From assembly GCA_025786725.1 (NCBI GenBank), contig JAHLTZ010000018.1, positions 434,001 through 498,000 on the forward strand: 64,000 nt of DNA, written 5' to 3'. The position numbers were made by a program, and so were the translations under genes. Each line of letters starts with the position of its first letter. The first letter of the stretch is position 1. This DNA comes from Syncephalis fuscata S228 (Eukaryota > Fungi > Zoopagomycota). Positions 1 through 11,708 of this stretch are shown here, in pieces. Under the pieces are notes generated by a model that was not told the DNA's origin, ran no database searches, and saw only the letters and a list, made by a program, of their open reading frames with translations.

Positions 1-156
1 ACTGTTGAATAACGGAATGCTATCATCAATTTTTGCGTGGTAGTCCATTGTTTTATGGGGCAGATAATAATCATTGTACTTGTATCTTGTATCTGTGGTG
101 TAGCCTGTTGTCCATAATGGAGTTCTTCTTACTCTTGAGTTTTCCGGGCCGTCCAT
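1..156 (-). CDS. 5' part of a retrotransposon gag-like ORF (runs off the window start)
   Basis: ATG at 156, downstream of the PBS. Open frame MDGPENSRVRRTPLWTTGYTTDTRYKYNDYYLPHKTMDYHAKIDDSIPLFNS reaches the edge. IPLFN resembles the IPxFxG start of gag capsid domains. Confidence 0.6.
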   Translation of the reverse strand, partial: MDGPENSRVRRTPLWTTGYTTDTRYKYNDYYLPHKTMDYHAKIDDSIPLFNS

Positions 157-218
157 AGCATAATGCTTTATTTATTTGCACAGGAGATCTTTCGGGGCCG
201 GTGGACCTGTTTTACCAG

Positions 219-236
219 GTCCTGGTGTGCTCGCCA
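219..236 (-). other. Primer binding site (tRNA-Arg-like) of an LTR retrotransposon
   Basis: Minus strand reads TGGCGAGCACACCAGGAC, 2 nt after the LTR end ...TAACA. It is complementary to a tRNA 3' end (...GTCCTGGTGTGCTCG-CCA) and similar to the known tRNA-Arg PBS TGGCGAGCCAGCCAGGAG. Confidence 0.75.
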
Positions 237-238
237 AA

Positions 239-902
239 TGTTACTATTCCACTAAGAGTAGAATAATAAACAGATTACTAATATTATGCTTGGTCTTGAG
301 TGACCTATAATGTTAGTAATTAGTGTTATATAAGACTTACTTAATTGTTTTTATTAATAAAGATTATTAACCTTTAATTAATAATTTCCACAGAAGTAGA
401 ATAAATGACTAGAATATTGTTAACTCAGATAAAAAGATCAGTTCAGTCTAGCAATCACTGCAAGACTGAAATGATCAAAAGGTTCAAAATTCAAATAAAA
501 TAAAAAAGAATTTAAACCAAGATAAGATAATGTTTATTAAGATTAAGAAACATAGTTGCCATTTTATAGTAAATGGTCTTGAATACTGCGAAGGAAGAAC
601 TTGAACGGCTTGTCTGTTCAATTTCTTCTTCAAGCGATATGGGGCCAGTGTTACTTTAATAAGTAATATGGGGCCGTGGATCGCAAATATTTATAGGCGC
701 TGTGTTTCCTGCTACGAATTAGAAGCAATTATAATAGTATGATCGTCGTATCTTGGCTGAAAGCACGACTATCTTTGTAAGGACCCTGACGATTACCAGA
801 AATGGGAACAATCACGTGATGTAATTATTGCTAATTAAGTTATTTACCACATTTAGTAAATAGCGCAATTTACACCATAGTTATACAGGTAAATTAGTAA
901 CA
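239..902 (-). mobile_element. 5' LTR (664 bp) of an LTR retrotransposon
   Basis: TG...CA termini with an 8-bp terminal inverted repeat (TGTTACTA 239-246, TAGTAACA 895-902). Adjacent PBS. Minus-strand TATA (CTATAAAT) at 689-696. Confidence 0.75.
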
Positions 903-1506
903 ACATTCTATTTATTATATGTTTTAATATACTTTACTCATTCCCCTCATTGCATTATATGCACTATAACTTCAACATTGCTTTATGTGCTTTCTTACCG
1001 TACATTCATCATTTTATATACCATTCTATACTCGCATAGTTTTCCTCTACCCAAAACTACTTTTATTTTTGTTCTAGCATCATTATTAACAAATGTTGAC
1101 TAATTCCGTTCATTGATCATGCATATATACGCAATAACTTCAACGGGGCAATATTCATTTCACACAATATATTATTTATATTGTATATTGTTTTATTGTC
1201 TAGTAACTATGCGCTAGATATTACAGTTGCTCTTCTTGTTCTAGCTTTATTATTAACAAATGTTGACTAATTCCGTTCATTGATCATGTATATATGCTCA
1301 TTAGCTTGAACATTGCTAATCTCGTTCAATATTGCATATTTATTATAATGTTTATCATTTTATTATATACTGGCTATACGCTGTCTATAGCCGTTGTCGG
1401 TATGGTTCTAACTCTTTTATTAGCAAAATTGATATATCGCAGTTTGTTCACTGAGTTATATGATATAACAAACAATATGAATATGAACAAAGTTATGTTT
1501 TCTTAA
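903..1506 (+). repeat. Degenerate ~167-bp tandem repeat (~3.5 copies)
   Basis: Anchor GTTCTA at 1071, 1238 and 1405. TTATTAACAAATGTTGACTAATTCCGTTCATTGATCATG is identical in two copies. ATAACTTCAAC at 966 and 1134. Confidence 0.7.
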
Positions 1507-2223
1507 GAATATTTATAAATAAATCAAATCATGTCAATTAGTTATGATTTTAATGTTAATCAAGCAAAGTGACGGGTATACATAGTAATAACACATAATG
1601 TGATGATATATGCATACTGAATAATAAATCTATGATGATGAGTATTTGATGATTGATATCACTCACCACCCACTATTATGTTCAATAAATTAGATGTTAT
1701 TAATTGTAGCTATTTAACCACCGGATCACATTAAATGACTAATAAATTGTTTAATGTAAAATAGTTATCTTTATTTAATTAATAAATAATGTAATATATA
1801 CAATCTATAAATTGAATGGCATTGCATATAAAAAGACTATGAACAAATTGAAATACAGATGAGGAATTGTTCAAGTGGTGGAATAGAACAAAGAATAAAG
1901 ACTAATAGCATAAAAGCAAATATAATTATAAATTTATTATATAAGCAACAGTGTTTATTTTCAAAAAAAGCAGGAGACAGAGTAAAACAGCTCTTCATTC
2001 TTAAAAGTGCGCTATTTTCTATATAATATAATGTCCAATCAATGAATGGCAATTAATATGGGGTAGAAAGCGGGTACGAAAGTGCCGAATAAATCATGTG
2101 ATTTGTTGTAAATAAAGAATAGATCGTCGTATTTGGTGTAGATGTGTGTGCGGGGTCATCGACTTATTCTGCTACTACTATTACCATCGCTGTTACAACA
2201 AGTGCTATTACTATTACAGCGCA

Positions 2224-5221
2224 ATGTTTCATAAGATACTTGTAGCTAATCGAGGCGAGATTGCTTGCCGTGTGTTAAGAACGTGTCGTCGTCTTGGTAT
2301 TGCTACAGTAGCCGTTTATTCTGATAGGTAGAGTGGAATAAAACGGTAAAAAGCTATGACTGCCCAAACTAACACTACGACGCGACTATATTTTATTATT
2401 TATTATGACTAAAGTGATAAAGAAGCACCGCATACAAAATTAGCTGATGAAGCAGTTTATATTGGCCCATCACCGGCAACTGAATCCTACTTGCGAGGCG
2501 ATCTTATTATTGCTGTAGCCAAACAAACTGGCGCCGATGCTTTACATCCTGGTAAGCGGGAATTAAAAGTGTATACTAATTAATAATATTGATGGCATTA
2601 TATTTGTGTAATATATATATATGATATATGATATATAGGCTATGGATTTTTATCTGAAAATGCCGAATTCGCTCAAGCATGTATGGATGCCAATATTAAA
2701 TTTATTGGGCCAAAGCCCAGTTCAATTAATGCTATTGGCGATAAGGTAAATAAATGAATAAACAACGACTATTATTAACTATTGACTGTTAATTATAGAT
2801 CAGTGCTAAACAATTACTGAAAGCAAAAGCACCCAAAGTACCATTAATACCTGGTTATAATGGAGATGATCAATCAAATGAACGGCTGGTTACTGAAGCT
2901 GTTAATATGGGTAATTATTATTATTATTGCTATTATTATTAGAATGTTAAGTATTAAGTAACAATTTAATAGGATTCCCTGTTTTATTAAAGGCATCGGC
3001 AGGCGGTGGTGGTAAAGGTATGCGCATTGTACGAGAAAAGGAACAGTAAGTCATCAATACATGAATAGTATACTGTATTAATACTAATAATGCCTAGCCT
3101 AATGGAAGAAATTGAATTGGCCAAAAGTGAAGCACGGCGCTCATTTGGATCAGATGCATTGCTTGTTGAGCGTTATTTTGATCGTGGCCGTCACATTGAA
3201 GTAAGGAAATTAGTATGGATGTTTATCTCAATATAAGTTACTCATAATTAGTATTCTATTAATATTGCTAGATCCAAATTATTGGTGATCAGCAAGGCAA
3301 TGTACATCATATCTATGAGCGAGAGTGTACTATTCAACGACGACATCAAAAGATTATTGAGGTAAGTTGGCTATAATATTTGTCGTAAATATAACTAAAA
3401 TATATAGTTAGGAATCACCCTCGCCTATTATGACTGACTCGCTACGTTCGCGTATGACTGATGCAGCCATTTGCATTGGACAGCTGATCGATTATGAAGG
3501 TGTTGGCACGGTTGAGTTTATTGTCGATGATGCAACACATGACTTTTTCTTTCTTGAAGTAAATACACGCTTGCAGGTTGAGCATCCAGTGACTGAATCG
3601 GTGACAGGGTTGGATTTGGTTGAATTACAAATTCATGTAGCAGCGGGTAATTAGATAATAGGAATACATTATTGTAGCAGTAATGACAAGTATAATAATT
3701 ATATAGGTGGCTCGCTTAAGGACACATCAGTGCCTACATTGCCGATCAAGGTTGGTGGTCGATAGGGCGATTCATTAGTGTTTATTAAATAGTGTATGGA
3801 TAGGGATATGCTATGGAATGTCGTTTATATGCGGAGGATCCATCCCAGAACTATATGCCATGTGTGTAGTAAATAGATTGTAGGATATTGGTTTACTTAT
3901 ATGGTTTATTTTAAACTAGGTTCGGGTCCAGTATTACTATGGCAGCCATCGTCATTGCCATTTATTCGTTATGATACGGGTGTGGAGACCGGCAAGTATA
4001 CACATTATTGAGTAATATGCTTACTTATTAAGCATATAGGCTCAATGGTCACTATTTACTACGACCCGATGATTGCCAAAGTGACCGTATGGGCGGAGAC
4101 ACGCGATTTGGTGATTAAACGCATGGAGCGTGCTTTACACGAAACGTTATGTCTAGGGCTGGTGACCAATCAAGACTTTTTACTTGCTGTATTGCGACAT
4201 TCTAAATTCAGACAGGGCCAATTTACAACACAATTTGTTGAACAGGAACAGCAGCAGCTATTGGCACTAGAGCCGATCACTGATCAGTATGTGACAAATA
4301 AGAATACACTTCACCCACTGGCCCAAGCTACTTTGGCTGCTCATTTATGGCGCTGGTATCAACGAAAACAAGCTAAGGCACCACTAAGTTTTATTTCTTC
4401 GGGCTATCGCAATGTTCGATGGCGTCCACAATATGATCGCTATACGACGGCCACTATTGGTGATATACAAGCAGCACGTCAATGGGAGATCGCTTATACT
4501 CACTTTGGACAAAGGGGTGCGCTAAAGTGTTGGTTACCGCGTCTTGTTCCCAAAGAAGAAACGGCGCCTCTTGGGCGGGTGGCTTCAATGCAACATCAAG
4601 AAACGCAACCAGCAATTACGGCGGAAATCATTAATGTGACTCCATTAGGTGGTAAGTAACAAGGCTGCTTTAGATATACATTTATTAATCATTTATTAAT
4701 TACTAGATAATCAGAGTTTATTAAGATGTTGTATTGGTATGGCTCTAAATGATTTTATGGCAATTGTATAACTGATTTTATTTTATAGATGGCGTTCAAC
4801 GCAACTTTTATATTGTTGAAGACACGAGTTTGAAGGCCAATGTTAAAGAAGAACGTCGTACGCTATGGTTAAACTGTGCCTCACTAGGCCTAGTTAGCGT
4901 AAGAGTTGGTGAGCATAATCGACTTGAATCGCATACATCGGCCGCTGAAGATTCTGGTAAGCAGTATTGATAATTAGTTAATAAAATAGAGCTTAATTGA
5001 CTTGATCATTAGTGTTGGCATATACAACTCAGATGCCGTGCCGTATTCTACGCTTAATTGCTGCCAATGGCCAAACAGTCAAGCCGGGTGATACTATCCT
5101 AACTATGGAGTCAATGAAGATGGAAACAAAGCTGTTGGCTAAACATGCTGGCACAGTTCATCTACTTGTTAAATCAGATCAACTTGTCGCTGCCGGTGTT
5201 CTATTATGTGAGATCAAATAG
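2224..5221 (+). CDS. Biotin-dependent acyl-CoA carboxylase alpha subunit (biotin carboxylase + BCCP; methylcrotonyl-CoA carboxylase alpha-like), multi-exon
   Basis: [58 protein letters not shown] and the biotin-lysine motif ESMKM. More than 10 short introns. Confidence 0.92.
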
Positions 5222-5489
5222 TGGTAATAAATTGTTTATATTCGATTACAGCGACTTTATGCATTTGAAATACTTTTTAAATATAATTTGTAATGCCTAT
5301 CTATTAATTAAATATTAAAGTTTTATAGTGCTTTGTCAACAAGAACGTGCTGTGCTGCAGTGAGACAATGCGCTTTACATAGCATGAAATTCATAAAGCG
5401 ACAAATTGCATCACAACGATTTTGTAGATTATGGCTATTGATGATTGACAAATCAATTTATTAAAGTGTAAAGCAAGCATTAAATAAGC

Positions 5490-5966
5490 TTAGTTTTTAT
5501 CACTATTCCAGTTGTCTTCAGTCAATGGACATTTCTTGAAATCAGTATTGAGAACTACCCCTGAAAAGTCTTGAACGATAAGACCAAATGGCTTGCGGTT
5601 GGAATCACGAGCCTCTTCAATGGATCCTTTGACTGCAACGTAAATTGCAGTTGTATCAGCTAACTCTGCTTTATCAATACTGCAGCTCTTAAGATATTTT
5701 CCCTTCTCAAGACTGTCTTTAACAGTGGCGATGACAGTGTTTGTCGCATCGTTTATATCAAAAGTGGGTTTATAAAACTCATCTTTCTTTGGAAGGCTCT
5801 CGATATTATCAAACATCAACGATGCCAATGTTAAGGCATGCATTTCAGTTAATTTCGCCGACTGGCTTGTTGGCGGTTGGGTTTGAGGATTTGGTAGACC
5901 AAATACTGTAGCGAGACTTGATAAACCAACAAGGCAAACACCCAACAAAATAGTAGTGAACTTCAT
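5490..5966 (-). CDS. Small secreted protein, 158 aa, unknown function
   Basis: Intronless ORF with hydrophobic signal peptide MKFTTILLGVCLVGLSSLATVFG-LP and two Cys in the mature part. Confidence 0.8.
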   Translation of the reverse strand: MKFTTILLGVCLVGLSSLATVFGLPNPQTQPPTSQSAKLTEMHALTLASLMFDNIESLPKKDEFYKPTFDINDATNTVIATVKDSLEKGKYLKSCSIDKAELADTTAIYVAVKGSIEEARDSNRKPFGLIVQDFSGVVLNTDFKKCPLTEDNWNSDKN

Positions 5967-6685
5967 GGTTTCTAATGGTATTTAGATAAATAGAATAGGT
6001 AGGTTTTCTTGTATGACTCAATGGTGTAAATAATGGAAATGTAACAAAGCACTTTTAAGATTAAGAAATGGAAAGAGTATGACATCCTTCTTCAGCTGGC
6101 CGCCTTAAGCTAGCATTTATGTGCTGTAATATCTAACGCTTCCACAGAAACGTTATAAATACGTCAGCAGTAGACTATTTAGTACAGCGTTCATATAGAT
6201 AAAAATATGTTTACAATGATGCAGGTGTGCACCAATGAAAATGGGTTCATGTGTACAAGGTAAAACTAATAGTCACTTCAAAGGTTTGGCTTTTTTATGA
6301 TGGAAATTCTTAGTATCATAAATAAAAAGAATTTGGAAAATTAAATGTATTCGATAAACGTTTAGAGATGGAATTGAATAAGTTAAAGTCATATAATAGC
6401 GTTTGTTTAAATACTAACCGTGAGTATTTATACCAATAGTAGCACATATATATAAAAGTCATTAATAATGATAACGCAGCAATGCAGATGATATATACAC
6501 GATTCACTAATCAAGCAATATTTAATAGATATAAGCGCGTAAATTTAATTTATATCAGGTTTAAATATAGTAACATGCATTTTTTATAAAAACATTGTAA
6601 CATAATTTATAAATTATACCAAAAAACTATATTTCTGCATTAACACCAACCAATTAAAGTCATTATACTTTGCCATATATTTTTG

Positions 6686-7115
6686 TTAAAATAAATAAAC
6701 ATCTAGTGTTCATTAGTAATGTTAAGTGTGTACTTGTATAGATTCTATCTTAAACTAGCATAGACTGCTTTGGTTATTGTTTTAAGATTGCATCGTTGTC
6801 AATGTATTTGTTTTTTTAAAAATCCATGCGTAGCATATAGCTATCTGTTTAATTATATATAATATTACGATGGTACATACTGCTTAGTTTAATATTTGAT
6901 GAACGCAAATTATTAGCCAACAATCGTTGAATTCTAGCTAATATAATTACTATTATAGCAAATAATATATTGCATTTGTATAGTAATCAATAGCTATAGA
7001 AGCACATATTATGCATGATAAAAAACAAAATTGGTTATTTAAACTTTTATTCAATGATTTCTTTTCAATGAATCGATAGCAGTTTACACTGTACTTGTTC
7101 AATTACATTATAGAT
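6686..7115. repeat. Duplicated 3' flank, copy 1 (matches 10572-11000)
   Basis: About 430 bp with about six differences, counted by eye, from 10572-11000. Confidence 0.95.
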
Positions 7116-7162
7116 AATCATCTACTCCTCATTTCCGCTGTTCAGTAAAAAGTTTTCCTTTT

Positions 7163-7924
7163 CTAAATAACTTCCTCATCCATATCATCCATATCATCAG
7201 CAATGGCATCATTCTGATCAACGATATCATTATTATGGCCTGGAATATCTTCATCGTTACCACGACGATTCAATGATCGACGTTTGGCACTAGCTACACA
7301 GGTACCATAGTATTGGAGATCTGGGACGGAGCAGCTAGATCCTGAAACACAAATAGTGTTTTCGTTGTTACATTTGCCACCAACTGCAACGCTCAGTAAA
7401 CAAGTGGTGGGTTTCCCAGCTGATATGGAGGCACATACCAATCCCATATGGGGCGTGCATGTAAAAAGACCACCATTGACATTACCACATGCTTGACTGT
7501 GGCCAACTTGGGTGCCTCCCGATACCGGGCTAGCAGTAGATGCAGGTACAGGATCAGATGGAGGGCTAGGGCGATGGCCGGTTGTTGGGCCAAAACCAGC
7601 TATACAGATACCAGTTGGGTGACCGGGCTTAATGTCGCAGGTAAATCCGTCGGCACATTTAGCGTTCTCGTGATTGCATTCGCCATTGAGAGTTGAAACA
7701 AGGAGGCAAATTTTTACATTAGCTCCTAGCATGGTGTCGCACTTGCTTCCTGCTGGACAAGGAAATTCAGTGCTATCGCCTTTATCGCATTCGTCACCAC
7801 GCTTGGAAGGTGGACGCCGTTGGATACTTGGGGTTTGTGGGCCACTTGGACGTGCATCAACACTGACGGCTAGAACGGCCAACACAGTGGCAAATTTGGC
7901 GATGCTGGATAGAGTGAGCTTCAT
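7163..7924 (-). CDS. Secreted Cys-rich protein, architecture A-A plus acidic tail (253 aa)
   Basis: True start MKLTLSSIAKF...VDARP at 7924, homologous to paralog starts. Two 8-Cys modules, a Pro/Ser/Thr linker, dibasic sites (KRR, RR) and an acidic C-terminal tail. Confidence 0.9.
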   Translation of the reverse strand: MKLTLSSIAKFATVLAVLAVSVDARPSGPQTPSIQRRPPSKRGDECDKGDSTEFPCPAGSKCDTMLGANVKICLLVSTLNGECNHENAKCADGFTCDIKPGHPTGICIAGFGPTTGHRPSPPSDPVPASTASPVSGGTQVGHSQACGNVNGGLFTCTPHMGLVCASISAGKPTTCLLSVAVGGKCNNENTICVSGSSCSVPDLQYYGTCVASAKRRSLNRRGNDEDIPGHNNDIVDQNDAIADDMDDMDEEVI

Positions 7925-8822
7925 GTTGATATTGACAATTTTAAGTCTTAATTGAGCTATGGAAATGTGAATGTAAATGTAAATACAATAATGCTTGTGA
8001 TGCTTATGATGCACAGAATGGCTTAAACAAGAATGCTGATGCTGGTGTAGAACTATTGTCGACTATTAAATTCATGCGTTCTTTTATAGTTTAGTTCATG
8101 AGACGTACTCATAGTAACTATAATTAGTTGATCATTAATGTCTATGAATAGTCGTACAGCAAAGGAATCAGTGACGTGTATAGGAATAAACTGCCATTCA
8201 ACAATGTATACAAACATTCTTTGTTTTAAAAAACAATATAATCTCATTGGGTAATGGTGGTGCTGTTGGTTACACAAATATTATGATTAGACTGATCATA
8301 GCTCATTGTTTCTCGAAGTGTAATTGTTATTTCATAAACTTCAAAGGCCTACGTCAGACGACAATCAATTATTAACTTCATTGTTATGCGGATAGCTACG
8401 ATAGTTTTACTGCTGTTGTTATGTCTATGAGGAACAATAAACGTGTGTATGTCTTGAGGAACATCTGTTTAATGAGTTCTTTGTTTTTATCCAACATTGA
8501 GGCATGGAACATTCTCAGGTTTATTTCTCAACTTTGTAATCTAAAAATAGCATAATTATACATGGAAATATACACTTGATTCAAGAGCCAGAGCAGTATT
8601 ATGGCTGTACTTTCAAATTGCAATCGCAAAATGCTATTCAAAGACAATAAACATATTTATTCTATTTTAAACGCTGTCAGTATAACAGTGAATGCGGTCA
8701 TTTTAGGTATAATAATGATTTATTATTATATTGTTACAAGTATGATGATTTCCTAATCTATTACAGTTTAAACTTTATTAATTAAACGCTTTACCAAGTT
8801 GTTGCAGATACATTAGCATAAT
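7925..8822 (-). promoter_or_regulatory. Family promoter/5' cassette, copy 1
   Basis: Homologous to 9725-10571, 11709-12550 and 28722-29470. TATA (plus strand CTTTTATAG 8081-8089), GTCGTACAGCAAAGGAATCA at 8151-8170, TTCAAAGGCCTAC near 8340. Confidence 0.75.
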
Positions 8823-9139
8823 ATAAATTCTTATTAGAGCTCTGCCGTTATTATACATGGTTATAATCTACTAAATCACATAAAAATACTGATTTAAGCC
8901 AGATTTGAAAGTTTAAGTTATTTAATATTGATAATCATTATTTTATTAAAATAATATTAAAGCATCTAAGCTGCTTTTATATTTCTTATCTTTATTTGGC
9001 TGCTTGGTCAATGTTAAATTATCGCGCTACTAGTGTTGTAACACTATCTTAAAAGCTAAAATAATCGTTTTAATTTTTTATTACTAAAGCCAGGTGTATA
9101 ATAAAGAGCAGCTGCATTTTTAATGTCAAACTGCTATAT

Positions 9140-9724
9140 TCAATATAGTATTTTAATGCCTCATTGCGTTTATAGCCTTCATCGTCTCTGTCGCAGCCAT
9201 ATTTAATAACGTTGTCTTTTTGTTTTCTTATGAATTGGAATTGCGTCGCCATTATTGCACTTGTGATTATTAAAGCAGTATTGGCCGTTTCTCCTTTCTA
9301 AACTAAAACCCATCCGTGCCATAAATCTGTTTGCTGTAAGGTCTACGTGTGACAAACTCCTTGCTATCTGCATCATAGCCCGATGCAGGGTCAGAATCAG
9401 GTGCCGTATTGGAACTGGATATACAAGTGCCAGTAGATTGGTAGGGCTCAATGCTGCAAGTAAGTCCACTAGCACATTTAGAATGATCGATATTGCATGC
9501 ACCATCAATATTTGAAACATTTATGCATGTTTTTGGGAACGACCTGGCATGGTATCACACTTTAAACCTGAAGTACATTCGTAGTTAATGCCGTCGATCA
9601 AATCACAATCGCCACCAAGTCTTGTAGATATACTCCTTTGACTGCTTGGGCGTGCATCGGCACTGGCAGCCAGAACAACTAGCACAGCGATAAATTTGGC
9701 GACTTTGGTTACCGCAAACTTCAT
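9140..9724 (-). pseudogene. Disrupted A-B member of the secreted family
   Basis: Signal peptide ...ADARP. Module A is completed across a frameshift at ~9532 (KTCINVSNIDGACNIDHSKCASGLTCSIEPYQSTGTC). Module B follows as IYGTDGF*F/ERRNGQYCF.../KYGCDRDDEGYKRNEAL, with an in-frame stop and further frameshifts. Confidence 0.85.
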
Positions 9725-10571
9725 GCTGACATTGATAATGTTAAGTAAAAATGTAAATACAACAATGCTAAATGCTCGTAATGCTACAAATGGTTTAAAA
9801 CAAAATGCTAATTTTTGAAATAAAACTATTGTCGACTATTAATCTTATGCGCTCTTTATAGCTTAGCTTCACAAAACGTATTCACGACAACTACAATTGG
9901 CTGATTACTCGCATCCGTGAATAGTCGTACAGCAAAGGAATCAATAGCGAGTATAAGAATAAACAATCACTTCCACCAGTATACACACATGCTTTGTGCT
10001 AAGAACAACACAATCCCAATGGATGATGGTAATGGCAGTTACACGAGCACTGAATAGACCAATCATACATTGTTAACAATCTGTTTTTCGAACTGGAATC
10101 GTCAACTTCAAAGGCCTACAACAGGCGACAATTACTTGTCTATTCTATTGCTATACTGATAGATGCAAGGGATCTAACGATACTGTTATGCCCGTGAGAA
10201 ATGATAAACGTTAAATCGTGAGTTCTTTATCTCTTATTCAATTGTTAAGGCATGGCACAATTATTGGTTTATTTCTCAGCTTTATAAGCTAAAAATAGCA
10301 TGATTAATATAAAATGTACATTTAATTAAAGAATCAGAACGGTGTTTTAGCTATGATTTTAAAAACAATTGCAAAAATGCTATTCAAAGACAATTGAAAG
10401 TATTTATTTTATTTTAAACATTGCTAGAGTAAAAATAACAAGACATTTCAGGTATAACAATAAGTTATTTGTTATAGTGTTACATTTATGATAATTGCAT
10501 AATTTGTTGAAATCTTGATTGACTAATTAAACGCTTTGTCAAGTTATCGCAGCTAAATTAGCATAATTTTA
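9725..10571 (-). promoter_or_regulatory. Family promoter/5' cassette, copy 2
   Basis: CTTTATAG at 9854-9861, GTCGTACAGCAAAGGAATCA at 9924-9943, TTCAAAGGCCTAC near 10107. Collinear with copy 1. Confidence 0.75.
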
Positions 10572-11000
10572 TTAAAATAAATAAACATCTAGTGTTCATT
10601 AGTAATGTTAAATGTGTACTTGTATAAATTCTATCTTAAACTAGCATAGACTGCTTTGGTTATTGTTTTAAGATTGCATCGTTGTCAATGTATTTGCTTT
10701 TTTAAAAATTCATGCGTAGCATATAGCTATCTGTTTAATTATATATAATATTACGATGGTACATACTGCTTAGTTTAATATTTGATGAACGCAAATTATT
10801 AGCCAACAATCGTTGAATTCTAGCTAATATAATTACTATTATAGCAAATAATATATTGCATTTGTATAGTAATCAATAGCTATAAAAGCACATATTATGC
10901 ATATAAAAAACAAAATTGGTTATTTAAACTTTTATTCAATGATTTCTTTTCAATGAATCGATAGCAGTTTACACTGTACTTGTTCAATTACATTATAGAT
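10572..11000. repeat. Duplicated 3' flank, copy 2
   Basis: Near-identical to 6686-7115. Confidence 0.95.
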
Positions 11001-11102
11001 GATAGTTTACTCGCCATCTTCATTGCCCGACAAAAAACTACTCATCCATAAAACCACCGTTGTCATTATTGCGAGGATTCAATAATAAATGTTTGGCACT
11101 GA

Positions 11103-11708
11103 TTACACACATGTACCATAATACTGTGGGTATGCAGCGTTGCATCTGGATCCTTTAGTACAGATAGTACCTTCATTGTTGCATTGGCCACCCTTTGGGA
11201 CCTCTATTAAGCAGATGGGTTGTCCTCCACTTGGTAAAGCAGCGCATACCAAACTGCGGCCGACTGTGCATGTATAGAGGGTGCCACCTATATTGCCACA
11301 TGAATTTTTGTGACCAACCTGAACGCCACCAGGAGCCGGGCTTGGAGTTGGAGTTGGAGCTGGACCTGGACCTGGGGCTGGGCCTGGAGCCGGACCGGAT
11401 CCAGATTTACAAGTGCCTTGCCATTGATCAGTCTTAATGTCGCAGTAGAGTCCACCGGCACATTTACCGGTTCCTTTATTGCATGTGCCACCAAGCTGAA
11501 TAATATCTAAGCATATTGGGCTGGAAGAGCCTGGCATGGTATCACACGTTAAACCTGCATTGCATTTAAAAAGAACACCGGCTAAATCACACGAGTTGCC
11601 ACGGCCTACAGGTGTTGGCGGTTGGTTTTGTGGGCGTGCATCGACATTGGCAGTCAAAGCGACTAGCAAAGCGGCGAATTTGGAGATGTTGGATAGAGTG
11701 AACTGCAT
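11103..11708 (-). CDS. Secreted Cys-rich protein, architecture A-A (201 aa)
   Basis: Signal peptide ...VDARP. Two 8-Cys modules joined by a GPAP/PT-repeat linker. Paralog of 7163-7924. Confidence 0.9.
   Translation of the reverse strand: MQFTLSNISKFAALLVALTANVDARPQNQPPTPVGRGNSCDLAGVLFKCNAGLTCDTMPGSSSPICLDIIQLGGTCNKGTGKCAGGLYCDIKTDQWQGTCKSGSGPAPGPAPGPGPAPTPTPSPAPGGVQVGHKNSCGNIGGTLYTCTVGRSLVCAALPSGGQPICLIEVPKGGQCNNEGTICTKGSRCNAAYPQYYGTCV

Noticed and set aside
7925-8014. N-terminal extension MHHKHHKHY... in the ORF track; likewise 28722-28907
   Set aside because: These are homologous to paralog 5' UTR/promoter DNA. The true starts are the signal-peptide ATGs at 7924 and 28721.
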